A DNA stretch of 64,000 bases, from the IMG/VR virus record IMGVR_UViG_642979322_000011; one strand, written 5' to 3'. This document shows positions 18,435-28,589 of this stretch, in pieces. This DNA is from a virus. Its lineage: Duplodnaviria; Heunggongvirae; Uroviricota; Caudoviricetes. The position numbers were made by a program, and so were the translations under genes. The notes beneath the pieces are model-generated. The model was not told the origin of the DNA. It saw nothing but the letters and a program-made list of their open reading frames with translations, and did not search any database. Every line of letters begins with the position of its first letter. Position 1 is the stretch's first letter.

Positions 18435-19381
18435 GACACGGCCTCGCTGTTATTTTCCGTGGTGGCGTGAATTTTCGCTTCCGCCGTGGCCTTGTTTCTG
18501 GCAGCTTTCTTTTTGACAAAATCAAGCGTTTTGACAGCTTCTTCCTGACTGAGATATTCATGTGATGCAATCGTGCGACGGAATGTTTTGGAACATAAGG
18601 GAAGCAGGTCATCCCATGTCTTGTTAATTTCGGTGATTGCCTGAGTGATCTCATTGATAATCTCATCTGATGCGGGAGTGACGTCACGCTCAGGGATGTG
18701 ATCAGCATTCAGGATGATACCTTCACCGCCCTGAGTGTTCAGGTAGTCGATAGCTGTATCCAGGCGATCGCGACGGGGCCAGTATTTGCTGGCGCGCTTA
18801 ACAATGGCTTTTCTGGCCATTTCATCGGGGAAACTATCCCACGGGCTACTTCCTCCGTTATTTCCGGCTTTGCTGCACGCCCTGATGACCTCGATTTCCC
18901 TGTTGCTCATCTCTTCGGTCAGATAGTCGCCTTCGGATGTTTTTACGACACAATAACCGCCAATGCGTGCGCCCCTGTCTACGAATGGGTTGTATTTGTG
19001 CGTGGGGGCGCAGTCAATACCGTTGGACTCGTAAATGTCCTTCTCGTAAACAAGTTTGCATTGCCCCCACTGAATGGCTCCTGTGACCTGTGCCAGATGC
19101 AGAAGCCCCATATAACTGATATCCAGGCATACAGCACCGCCTCGTGGGACCAGATACGCCAGCTTGCTGGACGGGTTCAGGGTTATGCCGATGGCGGCAA
19201 CATTGATGATAGCGTTCTGTGCGCTGGGCAGATTTGCCTGTGCTGTTTTAGCCAGAAAGTCATTTTTCTGGAATTGCTGAATTGCAAACTGACTTTCCTT
19301 CGCCCATGTCAGCGTCGGTTCAGTTAATGCCTCGCAGAAAAAGCGCTCCTGCTGCTTAACAAATTCAACGATATCGAACAT
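18431..19381 (-). CDS. bet: Single-strand annealing protein (RecT-like N-terminus, Bet-like C-terminus)
   Basis: C-terminal [24 protein letters not shown] matches lambda Bet; 4-bp overlap with exo; start set to ATG 19381 with AGGA RBS. Confidence 0.75.
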   Translation of the reverse strand: MFDIVEFVKQQERFFCEALTEPTLTWAKESQFAIQQFQKNDFLAKTAQANLPSAQNAIINVAAIGITLNPSSKLAYLVPRGGAVCLDISYMGLLHLAQVTGAIQWGQCKLVYEKDIYESNGIDCAPTHKYNPFVDRGARIGGYCVVKTSEGDYLTEEMSNREIEVIRACSKAGNNGGSSPWDSFPDEMARKAIVKRASKYWPRRDRLDTAIDYLNTQGGEGIILNADHIPERDVTPASDEIINEITQAITEINKTWDDLLPLCSKTFRRTIASHEYLSQEEAVKTLDFVKKKAARNKATAEAKIHATTENNSEAVS

Positions 19382-19397
19382 TTTTTGGTCCTGAAAA

Positions 19398-19679
19398 TCA
19401 GAAAGGACAGGGGGAGAATTTTCTCTCCCATTCTTCTTCCGCCCGAGCATAGGCGATCGCTGAGATATAATCGTTGTACGCCTCTTCAGCTTTTTCGCCA
19501 GTGAGTGCCAGTTGGGCTTCTTTGGGTAAAAAAAGGCTGCTCATAAGCAATGGTTTATCGGGGAACATGCTGATAAGCTCCTGCGCCCGATCATCAATCC
19601 ATTTATCCTTTTCATCCTGAATTTGCTGATTAATCCAGCGACGCTCCTCTATGCGGTCGCAGGTGAGGTATGCGTTCAT
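19398..19679 (-). CDS. Hypothetical phage protein
   Basis: ORF in gam position; not similar to lambda Gam. Confidence 0.4.
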   Translation of the reverse strand: MNAYLTCDRIEERRWINQQIQDEKDKWIDDRAQELISMFPDKPLLMSSLFLPKEAQLALTGEKAEEAYNDYISAIAYARAEEEWERKFSPCPF

Positions 19680-19699
19680 GGCGGAACTCCTGATTCCGG

Positions 19700-19981
19700 T
19701 TAATGCATTAAATTAATTTGTCGGGAAAGCTGACATACAGGGCAGTTACATTCTTCCTCCTGCTCCTTAGCGAAGAAATATGCAGCGGCCTGTAATGCGA
19801 TGTCTTCTGGATGTTCCGCGATAAACATAACATTGCCTTCCGTATCAATAACAGAAATAGCCTCATCAGACAGGACGACAAAATAGGCGATGATTTTATC
19901 ATCCATAAAAACTTCTCCCATTATCGTTCCTGCTGGAGTTACGACGCTTTTTACATTGATATTTATTTTTTGATTGAGCAT
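19700..19981 (-). CDS. Hypothetical phage protein
   Basis: ORF in early-left operon. Confidence 0.4.
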   Translation of the reverse strand: MLNQKININVKSVVTPAGTIMGEVFMDDKIIAYFVVLSDEAISVIDTEGNVMFIAEHPEDIALQAAAYFFAKEQEEECNCPVCQLSRQINLMH

Positions 19982-19992
19982 GATATTTCCTT

Positions 19993-20205
19993 TCAGGCTG
20001 GTGAGATTAACGGTTGGCCTTTATTGTTCAGGTAAACTTCTATTGCATCTGAGATAATGCGAATTTTTTCAATCAGTGAATGTGCGTAAAGTGCATTATT
20101 AACGTTCGCTGACGCCATGTAATAACGCCCGTTGTAAAGAATTGCTGTACCGGGTTTAACGTCCTCGCGAGAAACTAATGCGGTTCCGTAGTGAGGTTTG
20201 AGCAT
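19993..20205 (-). CDS. Hypothetical phage protein
   Basis: ORF in early-left operon. Confidence 0.4.
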   Translation of the reverse strand: MLKPHYGTALVSREDVKPGTAILYNGRYYMASANVNNALYAHSLIEKIRIISDAIEVYLNNKGQPLISPA

Positions 20206-20234
20206 GACAAATCCTCCGGTTAATTAATCCAGAT

Positions 20235-20580
20235 ATTTAATTTAATCCCCGATATGTGGTCGGGGATGGGGTTAATTAAAGATTTACGTTGAAACCAAAG
20301 CGGGAAGACTTTTCTGATGTACGGGAAATATCCAGCAATTGACGGCGCATTTCTTCCGTCAGATGCTTGAAGGCGTTAAATTCGGCGACAGCCGCATCGA
20401 CGTTATAGCCCTTGCTGTGTAGTTCGTTGAGGATGCGCATAGTTGGGCTTGGCATATCGAAGAGCACGGAAGCATCAAGGCTGATAACCTTGCGATCAAC
20501 ATAGTTCATCGTGGCGTAGGGGTGATGCTCTGAAAACCACGATAAAGGAAAATTGATATTCATCGCAGGAGAAGACAGGG
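20235..20580. repeat. Copy B of the ~350-bp intra-prophage repeat
   Basis: Matches 11440-11790. Confidence 0.75.
20241..20265 (-). terminator. Terminator-like hairpin (part of repeat copy B)
   Basis: CCCCGA-loop-TCGGGG stem homologous to 11440-11462; A/T-rich flank. Confidence 0.4.
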
Positions 20581-20923
20581 CCAGTTGTTTCTGTTCCCAT
20601 AGTTGTTTTTCCATGCGATCGAATTCAGCAATGTAGGCTTCTTTGAAAGCGGCGGCTTTTTTGCCAGTGAACCCCATCACCAGGAAAACGAATCCGTTTT
20701 TGGTGATTTGGTACATTGGGCGTTGCTCGCCTTTGGCGTCGGTGTAGGTAACGTCCTCAAAATTGAGGGCGTTAAATTTCTCTGAGCATTCAATATTTGC
20801 AATGGCGCGCAATACGTTATCGTGTCGTTTGCAAAAATATTCGGCAACGGCAAAGGACGTAGTAACAGCGCGACCATTGGAAATGGTGATTTCAGGTTGA
20901 GAAAGGACTGGGATAGTAGCCAT
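20276..20923 (-). CDS. Rha-family phage regulatory protein
   Basis: N-terminus AVTTSFAVAEYFCKRHDNVLRAI is Rha-like; C-terminal domain shared with 11481-12158; start set to MATIPV. Confidence 0.65.
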   Translation of the reverse strand: MATIPVLSQPEITISNGRAVTTSFAVAEYFCKRHDNVLRAIANIECSEKFNALNFEDVTYTDAKGEQRPMYQITKNGFVFLVMGFTGKKAAAFKEAYIAEFDRMEKQLWEQKQLALSSPAMNINFPLSWFSEHHPYATMNYVDRKVISLDASVLFDMPSPTMRILNELHSKGYNVDAAVAEFNAFKHLTEEMRRQLLDISRTSEKSSRFGFNVNL

Positions 20924-21633
20924 AATGGCAGCCTCCTTGATTGGTGATTGATAACCACCGCTGGAGGTAGCAAGCTCGCTGGCGGTGGACTGTACAGGGT
21001 TGCTACAACTGGCAATCAAGGGAACCAGCCCGACCGAAGTCGGCCCCATACAGCCCACCATTGATAAGATGTGCGTGTATGTCGATACAAAAAAAAGACG
21101 CTGGCGCGTCTGTATCGCCTCGATTGTCAGCGGGGTAGCAATCCCGACACCCGTTTTATGAGGTGTTCGCCAAATATAGCCCCGACATCACACGCAGTCA
21201 ATACCGTCCTTTCTCAGAAACGCTTTGGCGGTGCCGCCTGCACCCCAAAACATTCCCTGTATTGGTCAGCGCCAACTTCCTGCCAGTGTTGCCCGTTCTC
21301 ACGCCGTTCTCGCTCTCGCGCGGGGATACTCTCTCATCGACCGGATCGCACCCGATGATACAGCACGTTTACGTGTAGGGGTCTAAACAGGTCATTGACG
21401 CTGTAAAGCTCCAGATTGTTAAAGAGCATTTTGCGGCGGGTTAAGTCGCGCCGTACGACTGATTTATGTAGCCCTGTGTAAGGGCGCGATGTTTCTGGCT
21501 TGAAATAAATATAACTTGCGGTGATTTTCATGTAAATACCGTTGGTGCTTTTTAAGGGCGAGAAATTATTACTTAACTGATTTTTAAAGTGATTTATTTT
21601 TTAAGGGGGCAGATAACAGGAGGGGATATGCAA

Positions 21634-21658
21634 AGAAAAACCCGGCGCATGGGCCGGG
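21634..21658 (-). terminator. Rho-independent terminator downstream of the R-M pair
   Basis: Minus strand CCCGGC-6nt-GCCGGG followed by TTTTT. Confidence 0.55.
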
Positions 21659-21678
21659 CTATTTATCTGGTCCTGTTC

Positions 21679-22632
21679 TCATTCAGTAGAGTAGGGGCCA
21701 AGAAATCGCACTCCGTTGAAGTGAATAAGATGAGAAGGTGCATCAGCCACCCATACCTCTGTTTCCCATGCGATTTCACCAAGATATCGCCCCATGATGG
21801 AGCGATTTGGAAAAGCGGTCACATAGACAAGTCCGGCTGTTGATCCGGCAAACAGCCTGGCAAGCTCAGCATGCCGCTTCCCATCAACCGGTCCATGACT
21901 GGTGACAGACTCAACCAGTAGCAGCCAGTTTTTCGCAGTAAAATGTAGCACCACATCTGGCATTTTACCGTGTGAATCCACATCAACACCTAGCCCGGCC
22001 AGCAGTGGAGCGTCGAAGTAGCCCCACTTTTCGCCAGTGTCGCCAGCATAGACCAGCACGCTACCCGGAGCAAAACGTGGGGCGAAGTCCTCTATTATGG
22101 CACGGATAAGTTCGCTGTGCTCGCCGGGACTGAGGGTTATTTGCTGGCCCGCAGCAATTTCAACAGGGATACGATTCTGTTCGCGCTCCTTAGCATAGCG
22201 GGTAACCAGCGTTTCACGCTCGGCTAAATAGGTTGCAAGGCTATCGTGCCATGCCGGGCTGCCGAAAGTGCGTAGCATGGACAGAGCAGCAGGTTCGATC
22301 TGATAAACAGCCTTCGGGCTGTTCACTGGGCGATCGGGCTTGTCCGGATTGTAGAGGGCTACTCCAGCAGCGCAGAACTGATGCATAGACTGGCGGCGGA
22401 ATGTCTCACGAGTATTGGGTGCGTAGACCTTGCCGTAGTGCTCCCGAACCCAATTCATGATTGGTGTAATGCCCACAAGCGGATTTTCCGCGTCGGCCCA
22501 TGCTTTTCCCGGTGTGAGGTTCAGGAGTGCCAGCAAACACAAAGCAGAACGCTCATTCTGCTGCGCTCTGGGCAGGCCTAAGGATGCTATAATTTGCTGA
22601 GCGGCCTCAATATAATCATTTTGGTTGTTCAT
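21679..22632 (-). CDS. Putative type II restriction endonuclease (BsuBI/PstI-like)
   Basis: 317-aa ORF overlapping the methyltransferase stop by 4 bp; N-terminus QQIIASLGLPRAQQNERSALCLL resembles BsuBI/PstI-family enzymes from memory. Confidence 0.5.
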   Translation of the reverse strand: MNNQNDYIEAAQQIIASLGLPRAQQNERSALCLLALLNLTPGKAWADAENPLVGITPIMNWVREHYGKVYAPNTRETFRRQSMHQFCAAGVALYNPDKPDRPVNSPKAVYQIEPAALSMLRTFGSPAWHDSLATYLAERETLVTRYAKEREQNRIPVEIAAGQQITLSPGEHSELIRAIIEDFAPRFAPGSVLVYAGDTGEKWGYFDAPLLAGLGVDVDSHGKMPDVVLHFTAKNWLLLVESVTSHGPVDGKRHAELARLFAGSTAGLVYVTAFPNRSIMGRYLGEIAWETEVWVADAPSHLIHFNGVRFLGPYSTE

Positions 22633-24098
22633 GCAGTCAGAGCTCCTAGCTTAGCGTCAATATGTTCTTGCGTGAGAGTTTCTTGTTGCATAGCCCACTT
22701 GCCAAGCTCTATCAGAGTGTCACGGCTTGGGTACTTAATCATCTTGAGGTCGGTTGCATTGACCTGTGTATGCCCGTTGAAGCGACGGAAATACTTATCC
22801 ACTGCGGTAGTGTTCAGGAACACGGCCAAGCCACGGGCCAGCGCCTCGGGTAACCCATGTTTGTTCTCATGAAACACGTTCATGTGATTTTCAAATCCCA
22901 ACACTGAATACTCACTGAAGGTAGCAGGATCAACGACGCTTGCTACCACTCGGCGCTTTTCCTCCTTCGACGAGAAACGACGCACCACACAATAAAAACC
23001 GTTCGGGTAAAGCCACTTTTCTGTCTCGTCGTTGCGCATGATTGCATTGGGTTTCTTCAAACCTTCCACAGGCCAGACAGTGCTACTCATACTCAAATGG
23101 CTCGGGTAGATCAGGGGAACAGTTCCTTCTTCTGGCATGCTGCGCAAATGAGCTTTCAGTCGGAAATCAACTATCGGTCCGGTCGATACCTTCACGCCAA
23201 TATCAGCCAGCGAATATTGTACGGCAGATGATAACTCAATGGCGCTTTTCTCGAGCGTGGTCGGCACATGAATAAACCGCTCTGAATCGTCCGGGTACAC
23301 AATCTGGTCAAATGGGTGTTCGTAGGTGACCAGGTCAAAAAAGCTATCATCGGTCGAAGTTGTGACTGTAACAGCCTCCTGACGGCCTCCACGCTCCAGG
23401 CGGATGATAATATTTTCCTGCAACACATCGTCATCCCTGAAAGCTTTGCTACGTGATTCGAACAAATGAATATGGCGGATTGCTGCCCGTTCAAGTATGA
23501 AATTACGGAACGGACGGTAATACGGTCCGTTGCAGAAACTACGTGGGATTATGGCCACTATCTGCCCGCCAGGTGCAACCTCACCTACAGCCAGTGCAAC
23601 AAAGGCGGAATACAGATTTACCGTCTCGATACCGACAGTGCGAAGAGCCTGCCGGTGGGCTGACTGGCTATTGATCTTCTTGTAAGGCGGATTAAGTATT
23701 GCATGGGTATAACCTCGATCCTGTAGACCTTCGGCGGTTGCCAGCTCAATATAATCCCCTTCGATGATGCGGGGCGTCACTCTCCTGTACCCGGTTAAGT
23801 GCTTCGCAAGGTGACCACACAGCTTTTTGTCGATTTCGTAGGCTGTTGCCTCGACAGACTCAAAGCCAAACTCGCCAACCAGCCAACGGTCGAGGAAGGC
23901 GCAAGACAGTGCGCCTACACCAGCGCCTGCGTCCAGTAGACGGCAAGTTTTCATTGTGCTCGGTGGAAACAAGGAGGCCATAAAACGGGCCACGCCAGAA
24001 GGCGTCATGAACTGGCCGAACTCAGCTTTGTGTTTACGCGCGGTACGGGGAGACAGCTCGCGACGCACGCTGTCTGCGACGTCTAGCTTTTGAAGCAT
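22629..24098 (-). CDS. N6-adenine DNA methyltransferase, gamma class
   Basis: Motif order FGQFMTPSGVARF (X), LLDAGAGVGALS (I), ILNPPYKKI (IV); AGAGGA RBS. Confidence 0.8.
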   Translation of the reverse strand: MLQKLDVADSVRRELSPRTARKHKAEFGQFMTPSGVARFMASLFPPSTMKTCRLLDAGAGVGALSCAFLDRWLVGEFGFESVEATAYEIDKKLCGHLAKHLTGYRRVTPRIIEGDYIELATAEGLQDRGYTHAILNPPYKKINSQSAHRQALRTVGIETVNLYSAFVALAVGEVAPGGQIVAIIPRSFCNGPYYRPFRNFILERAAIRHIHLFESRSKAFRDDDVLQENIIIRLERGGRQEAVTVTTSTDDSFFDLVTYEHPFDQIVYPDDSERFIHVPTTLEKSAIELSSAVQYSLADIGVKVSTGPIVDFRLKAHLRSMPEEGTVPLIYPSHLSMSSTVWPVEGLKKPNAIMRNDETEKWLYPNGFYCVVRRFSSKEEKRRVVASVVDPATFSEYSVLGFENHMNVFHENKHGLPEALARGLAVFLNTTAVDKYFRRFNGHTQVNATDLKMIKYPSRDTLIELGKWAMQQETLTQEHIDAKLGALTA

Positions 24099-24138
24099 AA
24101 CTAATCCTCTTTACGTGGCATGATGATGCCAACGTGCT

Positions 24139-24179
24139 TTTGACATCCTCCACATTCTTCAGGCGTGAAGGATGTCAAA
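24139..24179. promoter_or_regulatory. 11-bp perfect inverted repeat between cI and the methyltransferase; candidate OL/PL operator
   Basis: TTTGACATCCT-19nt-AGGATGTCAAA; shares TTGACAT with the PR -35 region. Confidence 0.35.
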
Positions 24180-24192
24180 TCACTCTGTGAGC

Positions 24193-24906
24193 TCAATCAA
24201 AAGTCTCATCATTCCACTGCGATTTGATGACCTTTCCGACAAACTGGCAGTTTTCGTTACACTCAATCATGTCGAATCGTGGGTTGAGCGGCTCCAGGTA
24301 CGCTTTACCGCTCTCACGAATGAATCGTTTGAAGGTAAATTCATCGCCGTTCATTCGGGCCACGCAAAAATCGCCATCCTCGATTTCCCGTTCAGGGTCA
24401 ACGAGTATCAGCATACCTTCAGGGAAGCTGGGTTTACCACCCTGCGGTGCGGTCATTGAATGCCCCTTGACCTCCAGCCAGAACGACCTGTCACTGGCTT
24501 TTGTGGTGGTGGAGATCCATTTAATCGCATCTTTTGCGGTGTACGAAATATCATCCATTGAGAATGCGCCAGCTTGTACGCAGGAGAGTAACGGATATTC
24601 GTAAGCGGGGACACGAGTTAATGGCTCTTCAATTGCGAGCGCCATTTCTGCAATAGATTTTGCCAGGCTGGGACTGAAATCTCCGACCTTTACATTCAGT
24701 ATCTTAGCAAGCTGTGCTGCGTGGCTGGCATTTATGGCGTTGATGCCAGCCATTAGCTGATTAACAGCGCTTTGGGTAACACCTAATTCATAGGCTAATG
24801 ATTCCTGCGACAGGCCTAACTCTTTCTTTTTAGCGTTAAAAATACTTTTCAGACGCTTGGCGTCTTCCAGTTGCTCAGGGGTTAACGGTTTCTTTTTCAT
24901 GTTCAT
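24193..24906 (-). CDS. cI: CI-type repressor (HTH plus LexA-like S24 autopeptidase domain)
   Basis: N-terminal XRE HTH ([21 protein letters not shown]); C-terminal S24-like domain; divergent from cro. Confidence 0.85.
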   Translation of the reverse strand: MNMKKKPLTPEQLEDAKRLKSIFNAKKKELGLSQESLAYELGVTQSAVNQLMAGINAINASHAAQLAKILNVKVGDFSPSLAKSIAEMALAIEEPLTRVPAYEYPLLSCVQAGAFSMDDISYTAKDAIKWISTTTKASDRSFWLEVKGHSMTAPQGGKPSFPEGMLILVDPEREIEDGDFCVARMNGDEFTFKRFIRESGKAYLEPLNPRFDMIECNENCQFVGKVIKSQWNDETFD

Positions 24907-24948
24907 ACCATATCACCTTTGGTTATATGTAATGAAATATCTGTGGTG

Positions 24949-24977
24949 TTGACATTTTAATAACCGTGCGTAATGAT
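24949..24977 (+). promoter_or_regulatory. Putative PR promoter in the cI-cro intergenic region
   Basis: TTGACA at 24949-24954, 16-17 nt spacer, TAATGA-like -10; cro RBS AGGAG follows. Confidence 0.5.
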
Positions 24978-25001
24978 ATGGGCATTTTGAAGGAGTCAGT
25001 T

Positions 25002-25205
25002 ATGGCGATGAAAAAAGAGACCCTGGCTGATTACGTATACAGGTTCGGTCAGAAGAAAGCCGCTAAGGACTTTGGTGTGGCGCAGAGCGCGATCAGTAAA
25101 GCGCTTCTCGTCGGACGTGAAATTTACGTCAAAACCTTTGATGACGGCAGAGTTGAGGCGGAAGAGGTTCGACCGTTCCCTGCGTTCGTAAGAGGCGATG
25201 ATTAA
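25002..25205 (+). CDS. cro: Cro-like repressor
   Basis: 67-aa HTH protein ([20 protein letters not shown]) divergent from cI. Confidence 0.65.
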   Translation: MAMKKETLADYVYRFGQKKAAKDFGVAQSAISKALLVGREIYVKTFDDGRVEAEEVRPFPAFVRGDD

Positions 25206-25235
25206 TCCTGGACACACAGCCCATCGGAGGTGTGA

Positions 25236-25529
25236 GTGAACAGGCAAATCAAAACGGTTATGCCCGAGCAGTACTGTGATGCTGATCGGGACTGGATACA
25301 GGAGCAATTGTTACAGCTAGACCCGACCACCCGGGTAAAAATTGCAGCAGAGTACGCGAGAGTGTACCAGGAAGAGTGGGACAAGGAGCCTGTATCGTTC
25401 AGGAAGGGCAACAGGGCAAGACGGAGCGCCAACACCCGGTTACGGGTGTATGTCCAGAAGTACGCGAGAGCCAGCCGTGGCTGGATGCTTTCGCCAGTAG
25501 CGGTACGGAAGTTTCCCCCGACACCATGA
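25236..25529 (+). CDS. Hypothetical protein in cII position, Arg-rich C-terminus
   Basis: ORF only; not similar to lambda CII. Confidence 0.4.
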   Translation: MNRQIKTVMPEQYCDADRDWIQEQLLQLDPTTRVKIAAEYARVYQEEWDKEPVSFRKGNRARRSANTRLRVYVQKYARASRGWMLSPVAVRKFPPTP

Positions 25530-25736
25530 TGGCGGTTAGTTGTGCTAGAAATAATTTCACATGCAACTAATTTCCTGAAAGGAAGCGAGGAGGGGGTAAG
25601 GGGGTGGAGTCGTTGGTAAGGCCTGTATCCCTTGGCCTAGGCCAGAAGGCAGGTACATAGGTTAGGTAGATCACTGTATAAGCGCGCGATAGTTTCTGGT
25701 GAAATAATTATCGAGCTAACTATTGAGTGATAGACT

Positions 25737-26114
25737 ATGTCAGCAGCAACCAAATCGGCACTGATCCGTACACTGAGCACTGTACCACTGAGAACAGAGG
25801 AGCGTTACAGCTTTCTGGCTGATGTTGTAACGCTCCTTGAGTCACAGGGGATGCATGTGGCAAGCAATGTCACAGTAAGAATCGATGGCAGAAATTTCCG
25901 TGTTGATATTCTCGCAACAGCAAAAACTGGTGGGAGTGTGGCTATCGAGATCGATCGTAGCTCTCCGCGATCCCGCTCAGTCATGAAATTGCGTGAATTG
26001 GCACGTCGTGGCACTGAAGGCTTTGTGTTGCTTCGAATGCCAAAGAAACTGACCAGTTATAGCGATGCTGGGATCGATATCATCCCGGCGAATGGCAAGG
26101 GGGCGTCATGCTGA
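25737..26114 (+). CDS. Hypothetical protein
   Basis: ORF overlapping the helicase start. Confidence 0.4.
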   Translation: MSAATKSALIRTLSTVPLRTEERYSFLADVVTLLESQGMHVASNVTVRIDGRNFRVDILATAKTGGSVAIEIDRSSPRSRSVMKLRELARRGTEGFVLLRMPKKLTSYSDAGIDIIPANGKGASC

Positions 26115-27628
26115 AAATCACCCCAAACTTTGCTCAGGAGCGCGGTTTAAACCAGCTGCGGCACCAGTGGAAACAGCATCGCACGTACCTGATGTACGCA
26201 CCCACTGGCTCTGGCAAAACTGGTCTTGCAGCATTCGTCACCGCCGGAATGGTTGAACGTGGTATGCGAGTGATGTTTGTCTGTCCGTACACCATCCTGC
26301 TGAACCAGACAGCGGAACGTTTCACCGAATACGGTTTGCCGTGGGAAGAAATCAGTTTTGTATGGCGTGATCACCCTAACTATGACCCGTCACGACTGAT
26401 TCAGATTGCCAGTGCCGACACGCTGATCCGTCGTGAGTTTCCTGACAACATCGATCTGCTGATCATCGATGAAGCACACATGAAGCGTCGTGCGTTACTT
26501 GAGGTTATCCGGGACAGAGACATCAGGGTTCTTGGACTTTCCGGCACCCCGTTCGCAGCCTGGATGGGGAAGTACTACGAATGCCTGATCAAGCCTACAA
26601 CGATTCGTGAACTTATTCAGCGTGGTGATCTGAGCGATTATGAGTTTTTTGCCCCCTCAATGCCTGATCTGGCTGGCGTAAAAACCAGTAACACCGTATT
26701 TGGACGGGATTACAACGAGGAGCAGCTCGCATCCATCATGGGGAGTTCAGATCTGGTTGGCGATATCGTTCGCAACTGGCTTGAGAATGGCGAGGATTTA
26801 CCGACGATTTGCTTCTGCGTGAACGTGGCTCATGCGAACTTTGTTACCCGTGAGTTTTTACAGTCTGGCATTGGCGCAGAGGTGATGACGGCAGATACCC
26901 CCCATGATGAACGGCAGGACATCATTCGCCGTTTTGAAGAGGGTGCGACCAAAATAATTGTCAACGTTGGCGTACTGGTTGCGGGATTTGACAGCGATGT
27001 TCGCTGCCTAATCTACGCCCGTCCGACCAAATCAGAAATCCGCTGGTTGCAGTGCATCGGGAGAGCGTTACGTACTGCGTCTGGTAAAAAACGCGCATTG
27101 ATTTTCGACCATTCCGGTACGGTTCATCGGCTGGGCTTCCCCGAGGATATCGAGTATGACGAACTTCCGGGAAAAAATGACGGAATGCAAGCGTCTGCTG
27201 GCGGGAGTGAGGTTAAGGCTGAGAAACTTCCCAGGAAATGCCCCAAATGCCACTTCATGAAGCCTGCTGGCGTGCATATGTGTCCCAAATGTGGATTTCG
27301 TCCTCTTGGTGGTGATGACGTGGCGACAGATCGCGATCGTAAGCTTTCACGCGTCAACAAAGGGAAACGCGAATACAGCCGCGAGGAAAAGCAGCGTTGG
27401 TGGAGTGAGATCAAGGGGTATCAGAATTACCGCAACGCGACTGGTAAACCCCTGAGTGACGGATGGTGTGCTCATACCTACAAGGAGAAGTTCGGGGTTT
27501 GGCCCAAAGGATTCAGTAATGCGCCGCTGCAAACCTCAGTTGAAGTGTACAACTTCATCAAGTCAAAGACCATTGCCTATGCCAAAGGGCGCAAGAAAGC
27601 CATGACAGGAGGCCAGCATGCAGACTAA
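26108..27628 (+). CDS. Superfamily-2 DNA helicase (replication)
   Basis: Walker A YAPTGSGKT and DEAH box LLIIDEAHM; C-terminal Cys4 cluster. Confidence 0.8.
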   Translation: MLKITPNFAQERGLNQLRHQWKQHRTYLMYAPTGSGKTGLAAFVTAGMVERGMRVMFVCPYTILLNQTAERFTEYGLPWEEISFVWRDHPNYDPSRLIQIASADTLIRREFPDNIDLLIIDEAHMKRRALLEVIRDRDIRVLGLSGTPFAAWMGKYYECLIKPTTIRELIQRGDLSDYEFFAPSMPDLAGVKTSNTVFGRDYNEEQLASIMGSSDLVGDIVRNWLENGEDLPTICFCVNVAHANFVTREFLQSGIGAEVMTADTPHDERQDIIRRFEEGATKIIVNVGVLVAGFDSDVRCLIYARPTKSEIRWLQCIGRALRTASGKKRALIFDHSGTVHRLGFPEDIEYDELPGKNDGMQASAGGSEVKAEKLPRKCPKCHFMKPAGVHMCPKCGFRPLGGDDVATDRDRKLSRVNKGKREYSREEKQRWWSEIKGYQNYRNATGKPLSDGWCAHTYKEKFGVWPKGFSNAPLQTSVEVYNFIKSKTIAYAKGRKKAMTGGQHAD

Positions 27629-28589
27629 GAAGGCAGCGGTCGGGCATTGGGGGCGAATTTTTGAATATTACGGCATGCCTCCTGTTACTGGTGTGAAACA
27701 TTACAACGGACCCTGCCCGATATGTGGTGCCAGAGGTAAATTTCGCTGTGATGATAAAGATGGCTCCGGTTCGTGGATTTGCGTCTGTGGTCACGGGGAC
27801 GGGATGGAGTTGTTGCAACTTGCCACGGGTAAGCCCTGGGTGACGTTGTGTGATGAAATCGATCGGCTGATCGGAAATACCTGGAAGAGGGAGAAAGTCA
27901 GCCAGCCTGTAACAGAGATAAGCAGAAAGCGGAAGCTGGTCATGGATAAGTTCTCCAGACTTTCATGTCTGCGGGGCACAACAGGTGAGGCGTACCTGCA
28001 GGGGAGGGGAATACTCCAGTTACCGACCGAATCCGTGCGTTTCTGTGACCGTCAGATCGCCAGCGGGCGCGAATATCAGGCAATTTACGCCATTGCAACA
28101 GATGACAAAGGTTCTCTTTGCTATCTGCATCGTACGTTGCTGGATGGTGATCGCAAGGCGAATGTAGAGGCGGCTAAAAAAATGACCGCGCTACAGGAGT
28201 TGCCTGGTTTGCAGTATGCCAAATCGGTGGCAATACGCCTGTATCCGGTGTCGTCCACTCTGGGGATAGCCGAGGGTATCGAAACGGCGCTTTCATGCCG
28301 TCAAATATTCCGCTGCAATGTGTGGTCAACAATGAACTCCGGTTTTATGGAGAAGTTTATTGCGCCACCAGGCGTTAATCACCTGATTATATTTGCTGAC
28401 AATGATGAGCACGGCGCAGGTCTGGCGGCTGCCTTTAAATGCGGGCATAAGAATCTCATGAGTCGCAATGACGTTGAGAAGGTCAGTATTCGCTGGCCTG
28501 ACCTGCCGGATTTTAACGACATGCTCATTCAGGGGGGGGAAGCCCGTGAGCATGTGTTGACGCGCAAATTCAAAGCGGAGGCTGCCTGA
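27618..28589 (+). CDS. DNA primase (zinc-binding/TOPRIM type)
   Basis: N-terminal CPICGARGKFRCDD...WICVCGHGDG zinc-binding motif and acidic IIFADNDEHG TOPRIM-like motif. Confidence 0.7.
   Translation: MQTKKAAVGHWGRIFEYYGMPPVTGVKHYNGPCPICGARGKFRCDDKDGSGSWICVCGHGDGMELLQLATGKPWVTLCDEIDRLIGNTWKREKVSQPVTEISRKRKLVMDKFSRLSCLRGTTGEAYLQGRGILQLPTESVRFCDRQIASGREYQAIYAIATDDKGSLCYLHRTLLDGDRKANVEAAKKMTALQELPGLQYAKSVAIRLYPVSSTLGIAEGIETALSCRQIFRCNVWSTMNSGFMEKFIAPPGVNHLIIFADNDEHGAGLAAAFKCGHKNLMSRNDVEKVSIRWPDLPDFNDMLIQGGEAREHVLTRKFKAEAA

Noticed and set aside
21679-24098. Treating the R-M pair as a novel defence system
   Set aside because: Both proteins carry motifs of well-known type II R-M families; the novelty is only in genomic position, so it is reported as context
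25236-25529. cII or N assignment for the Arg-rich ORF after cro
   Set aside because: No sequence resemblance to lambda CII or N that I can see; position alone is insufficient
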